A DNA stretch of 64,000 nt, taken from NCBI GenBank assembly GCA_963844035.1, contig CAWJMT010000001.1:41344-105343 (forward strand), read 5' to 3'. The position numbers and the translations under genes were made by a program. Source of the stretch: an uncultured Gemmatimonadales bacterium (GTDB lineage: Bacteria > Gemmatimonadota > Gemmatimonadetes > Gemmatimonadales > GWC2-71-9). A model generated the notes under the pieces. That model had not been told where the DNA came from. It worked only from the letters and a program-made list of their open reading frames with translations, and did no database searches. Below are positions 8,574 to 20,482 of the stretch, piece after piece (the stretch's first letter is position 1; every line of letters begins with the position of its first letter).

Positions 8574-11500
8574 GCGCCTGCCCGGCTCTTTCCGAGATAG
8601 GTGCGAACGAGTGGGGCCGCCCGCCGGCGTATCAGCACCGCTTTGAGCTGCTCGGCTTCCTCGGGCGCTACTTCGATCAAGAATCTCTCGCGCTTCCCTT
8701 CCCCCTCCTTCACCGCAACCGGAATGCCGTCGCGATAGAGAATCCGGTTGGTCGCCACGGCGGCCACGGTGTCGCCGGGCGTGATGATGCCGGCGAGATT
8801 GAGCGGGTCTGCCCCGCTCAATGCTACGACCTCACCACGGGCCTCGTCGCGGCGCACCGCGCGCAGTAGCCCGACCGCTTCAGTGAGCGCGTACTGCTCG
8901 CCCGAGAATCCGCCCACGAAACGCCCACCCCGAATTTCGCCGCGCGCCTCGAGCCGGCGATACGCGCGCAGGATGTCACGCCAGGGTGCCAGCAGGGATT
9001 CACGCGCGACCAGCCGGCGGAACACGACGCCGTAGCGCCGCAGCAGCTGCCAGGCGACCGCCTCGGCGAGCTGCTCGTCGGACAAGAGGGAGCCGCGCCG
9101 CACTCGGGACCAACGGCCGGCGGTCTCGATCCCGAACGGCGCTGACCGGCCGCGGCGCCCGAACCCGCCGATCGGACGCCGCCGTTGCGACGGCACCAGG
9201 AGCGCGCGCAATCCGGCGAAGCTGTCCGACGTCACGAGCCCCCACGCCACCAGCTCGCCGAGGCCCTTTTCGACTTCGGTCCGCAACAGCCCGGTGGCGT
9301 TCACGAGGTCGCCAAAGAACGACGCGCCGCGCTGGTCCAGCGTATCCAGCACCGCGCGCCCCGAATGCGACAGTGGCAGCGCCGTTGCGTCGGGCTGAGC
9401 CGAGAGGGCCCGCCAGATGTCGCCCCGCTCGCGCTTGAAGAGCGCCGTGGGCGTCGCGCGAATCGGCCCCGACTTGTGCCCCTGCGACGGCGGGGCGGCC
9501 GACAACCGACCCCAGGCGACCGCTCCCGACAGGCACAGACCGTCCAACCACAGGGGATCGTAGTCCTCGAGGCGGGCCGGCAGCACGTCCGTTTCCCAGG
9601 CCCCCGCTGGTACTTCGTACCCATCGAGCAGCTCGAGCACCGCGGTCAGGCCGTCGGGTCCCTCCGCGCGGGCGCCCGGGGCCACGCGCTGCCAGCGGAA
9701 CAAGAAACGCATGAAGTCTGCCGCCGAGACCGGCTCGATCTCCTGACGCAGACGATCGAGGGTGTAGCGATGCACGCGGGCGAGCAGCCGCCGCTCGCAC
9801 CATTCCAACTCGCTGCGCCCGGGTGTGAACCGCCCGCGCAGCACGAACCCTTCGTGCTCCAATGCGCCGAGTGCGAAGTCGATGTCGCCGGTCGCCACGC
9901 CCAGCGAGGCGGCGAGCTCCGCGGCGGTGGTGGGTCCCACCGCTTCGAGGCGGCCGCGAACCAGCTCACGCAGCCCGTCTTCACGCGTCCACACCTTCGC
10001 CCGATCGTGCGCCGGCGCTACAAGGAGCGACTCGGTGCGGGTACTCGGGAACACGGCCTCGATCAACGGCAGCCGCTCGGCCGCGACCCACAGCCGCGGC
10101 TCGTGCGTCAGGACTCCCGCGCGGCCGGCGCGTGACGAGCGCTTGGAAGTACCCATCCCACTTCCCCCTTCCCCCTTCCCCCTCGGTCACCGCTCCCACG
10201 ATCAGTAGTGCGTCGTGCAGCTCATCAGCGCTCCGAGGATCCGGCCACGCCTCGTCCTTGACCCGATCGATCGCCGCCTGGTCGAGTCTCCCGAATTCCT
10301 CCGCCGTCTTGGTATCGAGCCCGCGCCGCGTAATCACCGCCTGCGTGCGCCGCTCCTCGAGCGGCGCGTCATCCAGGAACGCATAGGGCTTGGCGTTCAA
10401 CACTTCGTGAGCGAGGGGCGAGGGCTCGGGGGTGTCGCGCGCGATCAATTGGAAATCGCCGGCGGTCATCGCCTCGAGCACGCGCTTCAACCCGGGGAAG
10501 TCCATCGCCTCGAGGAGACAGTCCTCAATCGTCTGCTTCACCAATGGATGGTCCGGGATCTCACGATCGCCGACGAGGTTCTCGGGGCACGCCAGCTGGT
10601 CGGGGAACACCGCCGCCACGAGATCTTCGGCGTCCATCCGCTGCAGCGGCGTGGGCACTTTCTTCCCACCGCGCGAGCGAAGCACGGCGAGCGCCCGGGT
10701 CGCGTTCCAGCGCCAGCGGGTGCCGAACATGGGCGCGTCCAGCATCGCCTGCACGAGCAGGTGCTCTGCCGTCTCGGGCCTCAGATACTGGAACACGTCG
10801 GCCAGCGGGAAGCTGTGCTGGGCGCCGAGCGACAGCACGATCGCATCCTCGGTGGCCGCCGCCTGCAGCTCGAAGTTGAAGCTGCGGCAGAAGCGCTTGC
10901 GCAACGCCAGGCCCCACGCGCGGTTGATCCGGCTGCCGAACGGAGCGTGCAGGACGAGCTGCATGCCCCCCGCTTCATCGAAGAAGCGCTCCAACACCAG
11001 CGTCCGCTGGGTGGGGATGACGCCCAGAATCCGCTGCGACGCCGCGAGATATTCGACGATCTGACGGGCCGCCTCTTCGGCCACGCCCACGTCGGTGACG
11101 AGCCAGGCGATCGCACCGGCGGGATCGCTCAGGCGGTCGGCGATGTCTTGCCGCAGGCGCGACACCTCTTCTGACAGCTCGGCGGTGCGCGACGGGGCCT
11201 CGCCGAGCCAGAAGGGGATCGACGGCGGCTGGCCCTGCGCGTCAGCGACCCGCACCTGGCCCGACTCCACCTTGCGAATGAGATACGAGCTGTTGCCGAG
11301 CTGGAAGATGTCGCCCGGTGTACTCTCGATCGCGAAGTCCTCGTTGAGGGTGCCCACGAACGTCTCAGTGGGCTCGAGGATCACGCGGTAGTCGCCGATG
11401 TCGGGAATCGCGCCCCCGGATGTGAGCGCAGCCAGGCGCGCCCCCCGCCGGCCGCGCAGTCTCCCGTTGACGCCGTCGAAATGCACGTAGGCGCCGCGCC

Positions 11501-12884
11501 GACCCCGCCGGGTGGTGAACCCGTCGGACAGCATGCGCACCACGTCGTCGAAATCCTTGCGGGAGAGGTCGCGGTACGGGTACGCGCCCCGCACCAGGTC
11601 GAACAGCGCCTCCTCACTCCAATCGTCGCAGGCCGTGGCGGCCACCACCTGCTGCGCCAGGATGTCGAGCGGCCGGTCGGGGATGATCAACCGGTCGAGC
11701 AGCTGGCCGCGCGCGGCCCGCACCAGCGCGGCGCACTCGATCAGTTCGTCTCTCGACAGAGGGAAGAGGCGGCCCTTGGGAATGGCACCCAAGTGATGGC
11801 CGGAACGCCCCACGCGCTGCAGCAGCGTCGATATCGACCGCGTCGAGCCGATCTGACAGACTAAGTCGACGGTGCCGATGTCGATCCCCAGCTCGAGCGA
11901 GGCCGTGGCGACGAGCGCCTTGAGCTTGCCTTCCTTGAGCCGGGTCTCCGCATCGAGCCGCTTCTCTTTCGACAGGCTGCCGTGGTGCGACGTCACGTGC
12001 TCGGCCCCGATGCGCTCCGACAGGTGCATGGTCACCCGCTCGGCGAGCCGGCGCGTATTCACGAACACGAGCGTGGTCCGGTGCTCGGCGATCAGCCGGG
12101 CCAGCCGTTCGTACAGCTCGTCCCACACCTCTCCCGCCATCACGGCTTCGAGCGGTGACGAGGGGATCTCGATCGCCAAATCGCGCGCGCGCGCGTGTCC
12201 GGAATCGATGATCGCCGGTTCCGGACGGCGGGAACCAGCGAGGAAACGCCCGATCTCTTCGATCGGCCGCTGGGTGGCGGACAAACCGATCCGCTGCAGC
12301 GGATGCCCGGTGAGTGCGGCGAGCCGCTCCAGCGAGAGCGCGAGATGGCTCCCGCGCTTGTCCCGGGCCACGGCGTGAATCTCGTCCACGATCACCGTGC
12401 GCACGGTGCGCAGTATCTCGCGCGCGCGCTCGGATGTGAGAACCAGGAAGAGGGACTCGGGCGTCGTGACCAGGATGTGCGGCGGGCGCCGCACCATCGC
12501 CTGGCGCTCCGCCCCCGGCGTGTCGCCGGTACGCACCAAGGTGCGAAGGTCTACGTCGGGGAGGCACAGCTCCGCGAGGGTCGCTCGAATCCCGGCGAGC
12601 GGCTCGGCGAGGTTCTTCTGAACGTCGTTCGACAGGGCCTTGAGCGGTGAGACGTACAGCACCTGCACTTCGTCACGCAGCGTGCCGTCCAACCCCTGGC
12701 GCAACAATGAATCGATGGCGGCGAGGAAGGCGGCGAAGGTCTTGCCGGACCCCGTGGGCGCCGCGATGAGCGCATCGCGGCCCGATTGGATGACGGGCCA
12801 GGCGCGGCGCTGCGGCTCGGTCGGGTCGGGGAATCGCGCCTGGAACCACTGCGCGACGGCAGGGTGAAAACCGGACAGCGGCAT
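8570..12884 (-). CDS. lhr: Long-form Lhr family SF2 helicase (frameshift near 10130)
   Basis: 'APTGSGKT', '[11 protein letters not shown]', 'TTPESL', DEIH, 'SATQRP', 'SLELGID', 'QRVGRSGH'; C-terminal '[25 protein letters not shown]'. Confidence 0.9.
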
Positions 12885-12897
12885 CGCTCGAATACTA

Positions 12898-14100
12898 CTA
12901 CACGCCCGTCTCCAGGGGCACGCCGCGGGTCGCGGCGATTCGCTCGATCGTCTCGCCGATCTTGTTGTTGGGGGTCGACGCGCCGGCCGTGACGCCAATC
13001 GTGATCTGCCCCGGGGGCAGCCAGGCAGCGAGCTCTGCCTCGTCATGCGTGCCCGCTGGGCGGTACCGGACTGTGCCGGCCTCGGAGTCAATGCAGGCGG
13101 CGTCTTCGATATGGTACGTGGGGACGCGCTGCGCGCAGATCGCGGCCAGGTGGGCGGTGTTGCTCGAATTGTAACCGCCGATCACCACCATCAGGTCCAA
13201 CGGTTGGGCAATCAGCTTCAGGACGGCGTCCTGGCGGTCCTGCGTGGCCGAGCAGATCGTGTCGAAGGTACGGAAATGCTCGGCGAGGGCGGCTTGGCCA
13301 TACCGCGCGACCATACTCTTGCGCACCTCGCCGGCGATGGCGAGCGACTCACCGGACAGCATCGTGGTCTGGTTCGCGACCCCCACGCGCACCAGATCCC
13401 GCTCGGGATCGAAACCCGGCGACAGCTTGTCCGCGAACCGCTCGAGAAGCTCCTTCGCGCCGCCCCGGCCCTCCACGTACGCACACACGACGTGCGCCTC
13501 GTCCATGTCACGCACGACGAGGTACCGTCCGGCCGGGTACTTGGTGACCTGGCTGGCGGTCGCCTTCGTCTCCTCGTGGTAGAACTTTCCGTGGATGAGG
13601 GCGGTGAAACCGTCACGTGCGTATGACTCGACCCGCTTCCAGACGTTCAGGACCGACCCGCAGGTGGTGTCCACGAGCACGCAACCGATGGCGCGCAGCC
13701 GGTCCAAGTCCTGGACGGTGACCCCGAACGCGGGAAGAATCACAACGTCGCCCGGCGTCACCACTCCGAAATCGAAATCGGTGCCTTCCGGATGATGGAG
13801 GCATTCCACCCCCATGTCGTGGAGCTTCGCGTTCACGTGCGGGTTGTGGATGATCTCCCCGACCAGGAAGATGCGTTGCGTGGGGAACTTGGTGCGGGTC
13901 TCGTAGGCGTATTCTACGGCCCGGTCCACGCCGTAGCAGAAGCCGAATTCGCCGGCCAGTTTGAACGTCAGGTCGCCGGCGACGAGGGCATATCCGCGCC
14001 CGCGAATCTGGTCTACGAGGCGGCTGTGGTAGTCGGCCGCGAGCGCGCCTTCGATGACGCCCTTGAGGCCAAATCCCCGGCGGAAATAGGTCTGTTCCAC
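12898..14100 (-). CDS. ispH: 4-hydroxy-3-methylbut-2-enyl diphosphate reductase
   Basis: 'FGFCYGV', 'EIIHNP', 'DTTC', 'NQTTM', '[11 protein letters not shown]', 'SSNT', 'TAGASTP'. Confidence 0.93.
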   Translation of the reverse strand: MEQTYFRRGFGLKGVIEGALAADYHSRLVDQIRGRGYALVAGDLTFKLAGEFGFCYGVDRAVEYAYETRTKFPTQRIFLVGEIIHNPHVNAKLHDMGVECLHHPEGTDFDFGVVTPGDVVILPAFGVTVQDLDRLRAIGCVLVDTTCGSVLNVWKRVESYARDGFTALIHGKFYHEETKATASQVTKYPAGRYLVVRDMDEAHVVCAYVEGRGGAKELLERFADKLSPGFDPERDLVRVGVANQTTMLSGESLAIAGEVRKSMVARYGQAALAEHFRTFDTICSATQDRQDAVLKLIAQPLDLMVVIGGYNSSNTAHLAAICAQRVPTYHIEDAACIDSEAGTVRYRPAGTHDEAELAAWLPPGQITIGVTAGASTPNNKIGETIERIAATRGVPLETGV

Positions 14101-14138
14101 GGGTGGCAATCTAACCGCAAGCCCGGCCCTGCGGGCCC

Positions 14139-14636
14139 TTAGGACGCGAGCTGCACGTGGCAGGAGAGGGTATCGGGCGCCACCGGAACCGCGTCGAACG
14201 TGGCGTCGAGCAGCACGCGCTGGCCGACCACGGGGTCGAGCCCCGACCCTCGAACCCGTACGTCCTTCCGGCCGGTCCCCGCGGAGACGGTCACCTCACC
14301 GCTGTCGAGCGTCACGCCGCGCTCGGCATTCGTGCGGGTGACAAACCGCACCGCCGCCATGGCACCGCGCCGCGTCGTGGAGTCGCCGCGCGCCAGCATT
14401 CGATAGGTCCCCCCCACCACCGTGTCGCCGGAGCGTATCCAGAGCAGGACGCCGCTTCCGCGTATTGCGCCCTCCACGACGACGCCGCGCCCTTCGCCAC
14501 AGGAGTGCGCCGATGCGTCGCTCGAGAATTGGAGCGTGTCGTGCGTCTGCAGGATGACCTGGGCGCTGAGACGGCCGGGCGTTGGGGCCCGGCAGCTGCA
14601 TGCGATCAGGAGAACAAAAGGGAGGAAGGCTCTCAG
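14139..14636 (-). CDS. Hypothetical lipoprotein (start uncertain)
   Basis: Frame of ORF 14139..14477 stays open upstream to 'LRAFLPFVLLIAC', a signal peptide/lipobox-like stretch; no ATG in frame. Confidence 0.5.
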   Translation of the reverse strand: MRAFLPFVLLIACSCRAPTPGRLSAQVILQTHDTLQFSSDASAHSCGEGRGVVVEGAIRGSGVLLWIRSGDTVVGGTYRMLARGDSTTRRGAMAAVRFVTRTNAERGVTLDSGEVTVSAGTGRKDVRVRGSGLDPVVGQRVLLDATFDAVPVAPDTLSCHVQLAS

Positions 14637-14693
14637 GTCAAAAAAGCTAGGTCATGACCTTGTGAGCCGCCAGGACGCGCTACGGAAACGGAG

Positions 14694-15165
14694 CTAGGAG
14701 TGCGAGCCGCCCGACCGCCCATTCCCGGGCCGGAGGCCATACGCCCTCAACCGACGCCACAGGGTCGTGCGACTGATTCCCAGACGACGCGCGGTTTCGG
14801 CGAGCCTGCCGTGCGTGCCCTGCAGGGTGTCGACGATCGCCTGACGTTCGCGGTCGGCCAACGTGCGGGGCTGGTCGGCGCCGGCAGGGAGGAAGACCAC
14901 CTCTCCCAGACTCGACGTCCCGGCGCGGAGCGGAGAGACTCGTCCTCCGAGCGCCACCAGACGAGGCCGGAGCGAGTCCGCCCGCTGCGTCGTCCAGTCT
15001 CCATCGAGGCCCACCGACTCGCCGTGCCAGCCCGTTGGCGTAAACGACGCGACCGTGGGTGTCGAACACGACGATCCCGCTCCCCAACGATTCCATCACC
15101 GCCTGGCCAAGAGGCGGTAGCGATGCCGGGGGGGGCAGCGTAGAGGTCTTTTCTCGTGAAGGCAT
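14694..15165 (-). CDS. Small PAS-like + Fis-type HTH protein (frameshift near 15015)
   Basis: 'GIVVFDTHGRVVYAN' PAS start; C-terminal 'TLADRERQAIVDTL..GRLAETARRLGISRTTLWRRL'. Confidence 0.75.
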
Positions 15166-15277
15166 TTGTGCTGTTGAGATACTCTGATTGAGGTACAAGG
15201 TTTCACTCCCGGCCAGGGTAGCCTACACGCCTATACGTAGGAGACCCGGGAAACGCTGGTGGCGTCACGCCCCCAGG

Positions 15278-17834
15278 TCATCGGCGGCGGTGGCGACGGG
15301 CGCCCTGGACGAGGCGCTTCCTTTCCCCCTGAGACAACCCGCTCAGCTGGCGCTGGAGGTCCTCGAGGGTCTCGGCACGTATCGCCTCCCGCTTGCCCCG
15401 CAGCACCGTAAAGCGCAACGGCCGGTCGAACGCTGGGAGGTCACGGCTGCGCAGGCGGCGCGCCTGCCCCTCCTTGAGCCGTAGGCGGACCACTCCCCGC
15501 CCTTTTTCCACTTCGTACTCGACCGGAATGCGATCGCCCAGCAGGTGGAGCGACGACGCCATCGCCTCGAGCTGGGCGCGCTCGGGGGCCGGGATATCCA
15601 CCTCCACGTCCAGCGCGAAGCGCGCGTTGATGAACGCGTCCCAGGAGCCCACATGGCGGATTTGCTCGGCGAGCTTGGCGGCGAGCCCCTCGGGCGCCGC
15701 GGCGGCCAGCTGCCCGCCCGAGCGGCGCCAGTAGAACCCGTAGCGCTCGAGGGCGCGGCGTACGCGCCCCTGGTCGGGGTGCGGGGTGGTACCGGCGAGC
15801 AGCGCCTCGACCAAAGCCGCCCGGGCCGCCGAGGCGAGATCCGCCGGAAACGGGTCCGGCAACGGTTCCGCGTCGCGCTCGAGCAAAAAGCCGAAGTAGC
15901 TGAGGCGCCGCACCGCGACCAGACCGCTCCGCCGGCGGAGGCGCTCGAACGCGACTTCGGGCGCCCCACGTCGCGCGTACTTCCGGATCGCACGTTCGGG
16001 CACCTGCGTCCCCTCGATGCTGCCGCGCGGATTGCCGAACCGGTCGGCGAAGTAGCGCAGATTCCCGGCGACCGCGCCCCAGCTCCCACAGACCGAGCCT
16101 TTGCTGACCCGGGCTTCACGACCATCGGCCGTTTCCTCGTCGATCACGAGATCGAAGGGCATCACGCGGGCGAGGAGATCGGCAAACGCCGCGCGAACCC
16201 GCTCGTCGGCGTACGGCAGCTTCTCGGGCAGGGGCAGCTCCAGCTGCCGGTAGACCGACGCCATGCCCAGCGCCACGTCCTCGATCACTTTCACCAGGAC
16301 GCCGCGCGCCTCCGCCCACGCATCGATGGTGTCCCGGAACAGGTGGCGCGGCAGGCCGTAGACCTCCCCCAGATAGCCGTGTTTGTTGACAGCCTCTGCG
16401 TGGACGTTGTAGGCCGTGAGGTGATCACTGCCCGCGACAATCAGCCCTGCAAGGTCGCGCTCTTCCCGGGTCATGCGATGCAGCGAATCCACGTTGGCGG
16501 CAACGGCGACTACCGGGAGGAGCGACGCCTCGGCGTGATACAGCATTTCCCCCCACGGCCGCTCGACCGGCATGGCCTCAACGTCGCGTCCGTAGCGGGT
16601 GAGGCGCCCGTTCTCGATCAGGCCGCGGTCGCTGAGGAGCTGGACCGCTTCCCGATACGCGCGCCGGTCGAGCGGGACGGGAAGATCGAGCGCCTGCGCA
16701 TCCACCCCGATCGCGGCGCAGGTGATCGCCACGCGTTCGGCGTCGCCCGCAAGCTGAAATTCGGGAGGGGTCGGCTGGAGCTGCTGAAAATACCAGATCG
16801 CGATCGCTGAGGATGTGCACTTGCCCCGCTGCGACCCGGCCGTGCACCCGGCCCGCCATCTGCAACAGCTCATTGGCGCCGAGATACAGCCGGGTGAGCA
16901 CATTGCGCCCCCGCTCCACCACGTTCGTGTACCGGGCATCGTAGATCACGACCGTATCCAGGCCATGGATGTTCAGCGCTGACTGGCCGGCGGCGGTCAT
17001 GGCAAGCAGGAACGGGCGTCGCGTCGTGCCGTCGAGAAAGGGCCGGATCACCCGGATCGGCTCCCCCCCGTGGTAGAAGGCGGTCGCGAGCGAGGGCCAC
17101 CGGCTCCCGAGCTCACGCGCGATTTGCTCCACCTCCGCGCGGGTGGGAACGAACACCGCCACACCGCGGCGCTCCGCAATCATGCGCTTCACGAAGCGCT
17201 CATTCAGGAACTCGAGGGGCCGCTGCGCAACGACCTGCACGTCCGCCGCCTTCGCGGGATCGAACGCCTTGGTTTCCAGGACTTCGGCCGAATCGAGGTA
17301 GCGGGCGTAGAACGCCGGATCGACGGTGGCGGAGAGCCAGATGAAGCGACACCCGACCCGCTTTCCGAGGGCCAGGCACAGCTCGAGCTCGGCGGAGGTT
17401 TGATGGATCTCGTCCACGACGAGGCTGTCGCGCGTGGTGATCAGGCCATCCTCGAACCAGCGCCGCGCAATGCCGGTCGTAATGATGACAACATTCCACG
17501 TCGGGGTCTCGGGAGTCGCTTCGCGCTCGCGATTCACCACGCCCACCTTCAGCGGGGCGCGAAGGATCGTCTCGGCCATGACGCGGACGGCCAGGGTCTT
17601 CCCCGTTCCGGTCCCGGCGACGATCCCGAAACCGCGCCCGGACCCCGCGAGCCGCCGAATGTCGCCGCCGTGTTCACGCTCGAGCAGGGTCTCGATCCGG
17701 AGCCCCATCGCCAGCTCGATTGTCTCGCACGCGGCACGCGTGGGCGCAATGACGATCACCCGACCGGTAGGGGGCTCGGCCGCGAGGAACGCCTGGGGAT
17801 CGGGAGGGAGAAAATGATCGCGAATTACGTGCAC
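15278..17834 (-). CDS. DEAH-box helicase, HrpB-like (frameshift near 16790)
   Basis: 'AGTGTGKT', 'VVDEIH', 'WLSAT', 'LQMAGRVHGR', 'GRLTRYGR' winged-helix segment. Confidence 0.8.
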
Positions 17835-17848
17835 GGCAGAATAGAAGA

Positions 17849-17878
17849 GGGCCGCGCGGGAAAACGCAAACGCGGCCC
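17849..17878 (-). terminator. Possible terminator hairpin after the Rdx gene
   Basis: 8-bp stem gggccgcg/cgcggccc, followed by UCUUCUAUUCU on the minus strand. Confidence 0.35.
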
Positions 17879-17911
17879 GGTGAGCGGTGCTTCAGACGAC
17901 CGATGGAGGAG

Positions 17912-18148
17912 TCAGCCCGGGGGCCGCGCCTGCGCGATGAGCTTCAACACTTCGCCGGGCTCGGCATGCCGCCCCAGCGCCTGCTTGGAAAACAGCTTCT
18001 TCCCGTCTACCTCGACGTCGAACACGCCCCCCGCCCCCTGGATGAGCCGCGCCTCGGCCTGTGGGTAGGCCTTGCGGATCTCGGCCGCCAGCGCGGCGGC
18101 TCGGGGTTCGTAGTTGCAAACGAGGCAGTACTCGATCATTACGCGCAT
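17912..18148 (-). CDS. SelW/SelT/SelH (Rdx) family protein, Cys form
   Basis: '[13 protein letters not shown]', '[18 protein letters not shown]'. Confidence 0.85.
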   Translation of the reverse strand: MRVMIEYCLVCNYEPRAAALAAEIRKAYPQAEARLIQGAGGVFDVEVDGKKLFSKQALGRHAEPGEVLKLIAQARPPG

Positions 18149-18174
18149 AGAATGTGTGCGGAAAATACTCGCGC

Positions 18175-18203
18175 TTGACACCCCGCGCCACACGCCCGAG
18201 CTT
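18175..18203 (+). promoter_or_regulatory. Putative sigma-70 promoter of the MCP-like gene
   Basis: TTGACA at 18175-18180, 17-nt spacer, weak -10 GAGCTT; ATG at 18228. Confidence 0.4.
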
Positions 18204-18227
18204 GCGCGTCATCCGCACCCGACCGGC

Positions 18228-20345
18228 ATGAGTCCTCTTCTCCGCCTGCGCCTCGACCGGGCAGCCATCGTGCAGACGCTCGTCGCGCTGGGCGCCATCG
18301 CGGCCATCGTCGCCGCAGTGGTTGCGCTCGCCACGGGCCGCGGCGTCTTGGCCCCCGGCATGGAAGTGCTGGCCCTGGTCGGCGTCGGCGCACTCGTCCG
18401 CCGCTACGGCATCGGCCTCCCGGGCCACGGGTTCGCGTCCTACTTGCCGGGCGTAGCGGCGTACGCGGTTCTCGATCGTGGCTGGCACCTCGCGGTCATC
18501 GCCGCACCACTCGCGATGGTCGTCGGAGACGTGGTGCTGCGACGCCTGCCCCTTCAAGCTGCCCTCGGGGGCGCCGCGCACGTAGCCGCCGGAACCGCGA
18601 TCGCCGGCCTCCTCTACCGCTGGCTCGGCGGGACGACGGGGAGTGACGCGTTGTCGGCGGCGAATCTCGGACACCTCGTTGCGTTCCTGGCGGCGCTCCC
18701 CCTGCTCGTGAACGGCACGTTCTATCTCGAGCTCGGTTTGCGGCGGGCGGTCGTGCGCGCGCACGCGGCCCTCACGGCACGTTGGGAGACCGCCGTGTGC
18801 GCGGTCGCGGGCGCGCTGGCCACGGGATGGGTCGCGCTCACACATGCGTCCGTGGGGCCGGGCATCGCCACGACGCTCGGCGCGCTGCTCACCGCCGCCA
18901 CGGCGGCGTCGTTGTACGTGCTGCGGCGCGCGGTGCGTGCAGACGAGCTCTATCTGGTTCAAGAGCTGTCGCAGGCCGTCACCGGCGGTATCAGCCTCAC
19001 CCGCAGTGTGAGCCGCATCCACCAGCTCACGCGCCGGCTGGTTCCGTGGGAGCAGATGGGATTCGCTCGCTATGACCCTCGCACGAACGAGATGGAGACC
19101 CTGTCCGACACGGCCGCCACCGGAGACCGCGCAGGCCGTCGGATCGATGCTGGGGTGGGGCTGATCGGTGAAGCGATAAGCTCGGGACAGCCGCTGGTGG
19201 CCGAAGTGAGGCCGAATGATCCGCTCCTGGCCTCGAACCACGAAGTGCCCGGATGCGCGGTGCTGGTGCCGTTGCGGCACGCCGGCCACCTGGTGGGGCT
19301 TTGGAGCGTGCGCCATTCCGATCCAACCATGTACCGCGAGTCCGACAGAGACATGCTCGCCCTCCTGGGGCCACAGCTCGCGCTCATGCTCGCCGTCGAA
19401 GGCTCGATCCAGCCGGTCGTCGGTGCGTCGGAGCGGACGACCGCCTACATCAAGACACTGACGGCAACCATGCAACAGATCCAAACCTCCAGCCAGGAGG
19501 TCACGGCCGCGGCGCAGCGCGCCAGCCACGGAGCTGCCCAGGCGACCCGGCTGGTCGGTGCCGCCGCCGGTGAATCCACCGCGCTGAAGCAGAGCGCCGC
19601 CGAGTTGGCGACCGCGGGCGAAGCCACCCGCAGCGCGGGCGCGCAGATGGAACAGACCGCGAGTAAGGTGCGGCTCGAGACTCAGGGGGCCGTACGCCAG
19701 CTCACAGGGCTCGGCAGCACCGCCGAGGAAAGTGCCAGCGAGGTGCGCCGGCTGCAGCAAGTCGCCGAGGAGGTAGAGCGGTTCTCCGAGACCATCGGGT
19801 TCATCGCGAACCAGACCAACCTGCTGGCCCTCAACGCAACGATCGAGGCCGCTCGGGCCGGCGTGCACGGGCGCGGGTTCGCCGTGGTTGCCGACGAGGT
19901 GCACAAGCTGGCGGAACAGAGTGGGCGCGAGGCGCGCAACGTGGGGAAATCCGCTCAGGATACGCGCCGCGCCCTCGACCGCGCGGTCCAGCTGCTCGAG
20001 CGGATCCGCGGCGACCTCGCAGACGTCGTGCGCGGGTCCTCCGCCTGGGTGCTGGACCTCGACCGCATCGCGGAGGGAGCCTCGGGTACGGCACGGGCGG
20101 GCAAGCGGGTGGCGGAGGTCGCGCGTGTCATCGCCGACCTGTCGGGCCGCATCTCTCAAACCCTCGAGCAAGCCAAGGAGGGCGCCGTCGCATCGACCCG
20201 CGAGACCGAACCTGTCGCCGCCGCCGCCGGTCACCAGGTCACGGCGATCGACAATCTCGCCCGCGGCGCCAATGAGCTCAGCATCCTCGCGGGCCACCTC
20301 GCCGAAGCGGTACGCCTGGTGCAGGGGGAGAACGGGCATCAGTAG
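18228..20345 (+). CDS. Multi-pass membrane sensor + GAF + methyl-accepting chemotaxis signalling domain
   Basis: Hydrophobic N-terminal ~230 aa; GAF-like '[18 protein letters not shown]'; '[33 protein letters not shown]'. Confidence 0.85.
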   Translation: MSPLLRLRLDRAAIVQTLVALGAIAAIVAAVVALATGRGVLAPGMEVLALVGVGALVRRYGIGLPGHGFASYLPGVAAYAVLDRGWHLAVIAAPLAMVVGDVVLRRLPLQAALGGAAHVAAGTAIAGLLYRWLGGTTGSDALSAANLGHLVAFLAALPLLVNGTFYLELGLRRAVVRAHAALTARWETAVCAVAGALATGWVALTHASVGPGIATTLGALLTAATAASLYVLRRAVRADELYLVQELSQAVTGGISLTRSVSRIHQLTRRLVPWEQMGFARYDPRTNEMETLSDTAATGDRAGRRIDAGVGLIGEAISSGQPLVAEVRPNDPLLASNHEVPGCAVLVPLRHAGHLVGLWSVRHSDPTMYRESDRDMLALLGPQLALMLAVEGSIQPVVGASERTTAYIKTLTATMQQIQTSSQEVTAAAQRASHGAAQATRLVGAAAGESTALKQSAAELATAGEATRSAGAQMEQTASKVRLETQGAVRQLTGLGSTAEESASEVRRLQQVAEEVERFSETIGFIANQTNLLALNATIEAARAGVHGRGFAVVADEVHKLAEQSGREARNVGKSAQDTRRALDRAVQLLERIRGDLADVVRGSSAWVLDLDRIAEGASGTARAGKRVAEVARVIADLSGRISQTLEQAKEGAVASTRETEPVAAAAGHQVTAIDNLARGANELSILAGHLAEAVRLVQGENGHQ

Positions 20346-20482
20346 GGTCGCCCCTGCCGCTTAGGCACGGGTTGGCATGTCGGTGATCAAGCGCACGGAC
20401 TTCGGGGGCCCCCGGCGGCACTGTGTCGCCCCGGCCGGGGGCACGGGGTTTCTCCCCTCGCCTCGCGCCCGTTGGAGGATAG

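Noticed and set aside
15200..15254. Hairpin upstream of the PAS-Fis gene as a riboswitch
   Set aside because: Only short stems and no recognisable conserved aptamer motif
17892..20339. Long antisense ORFs (815 aa here; also 20387..21787, 46233..47681, 47507..49006, 50917..52440)
   Set aside because: Shadow ORFs opposite well-supported genes in high-GC DNA, with no recognisable motifs
20362..20455. Sigma-54 promoter upstream of ompA (GGCACG motifs)
   Set aside because: One copy has GG-N9-GC spacing and the other lacks the -12 GC
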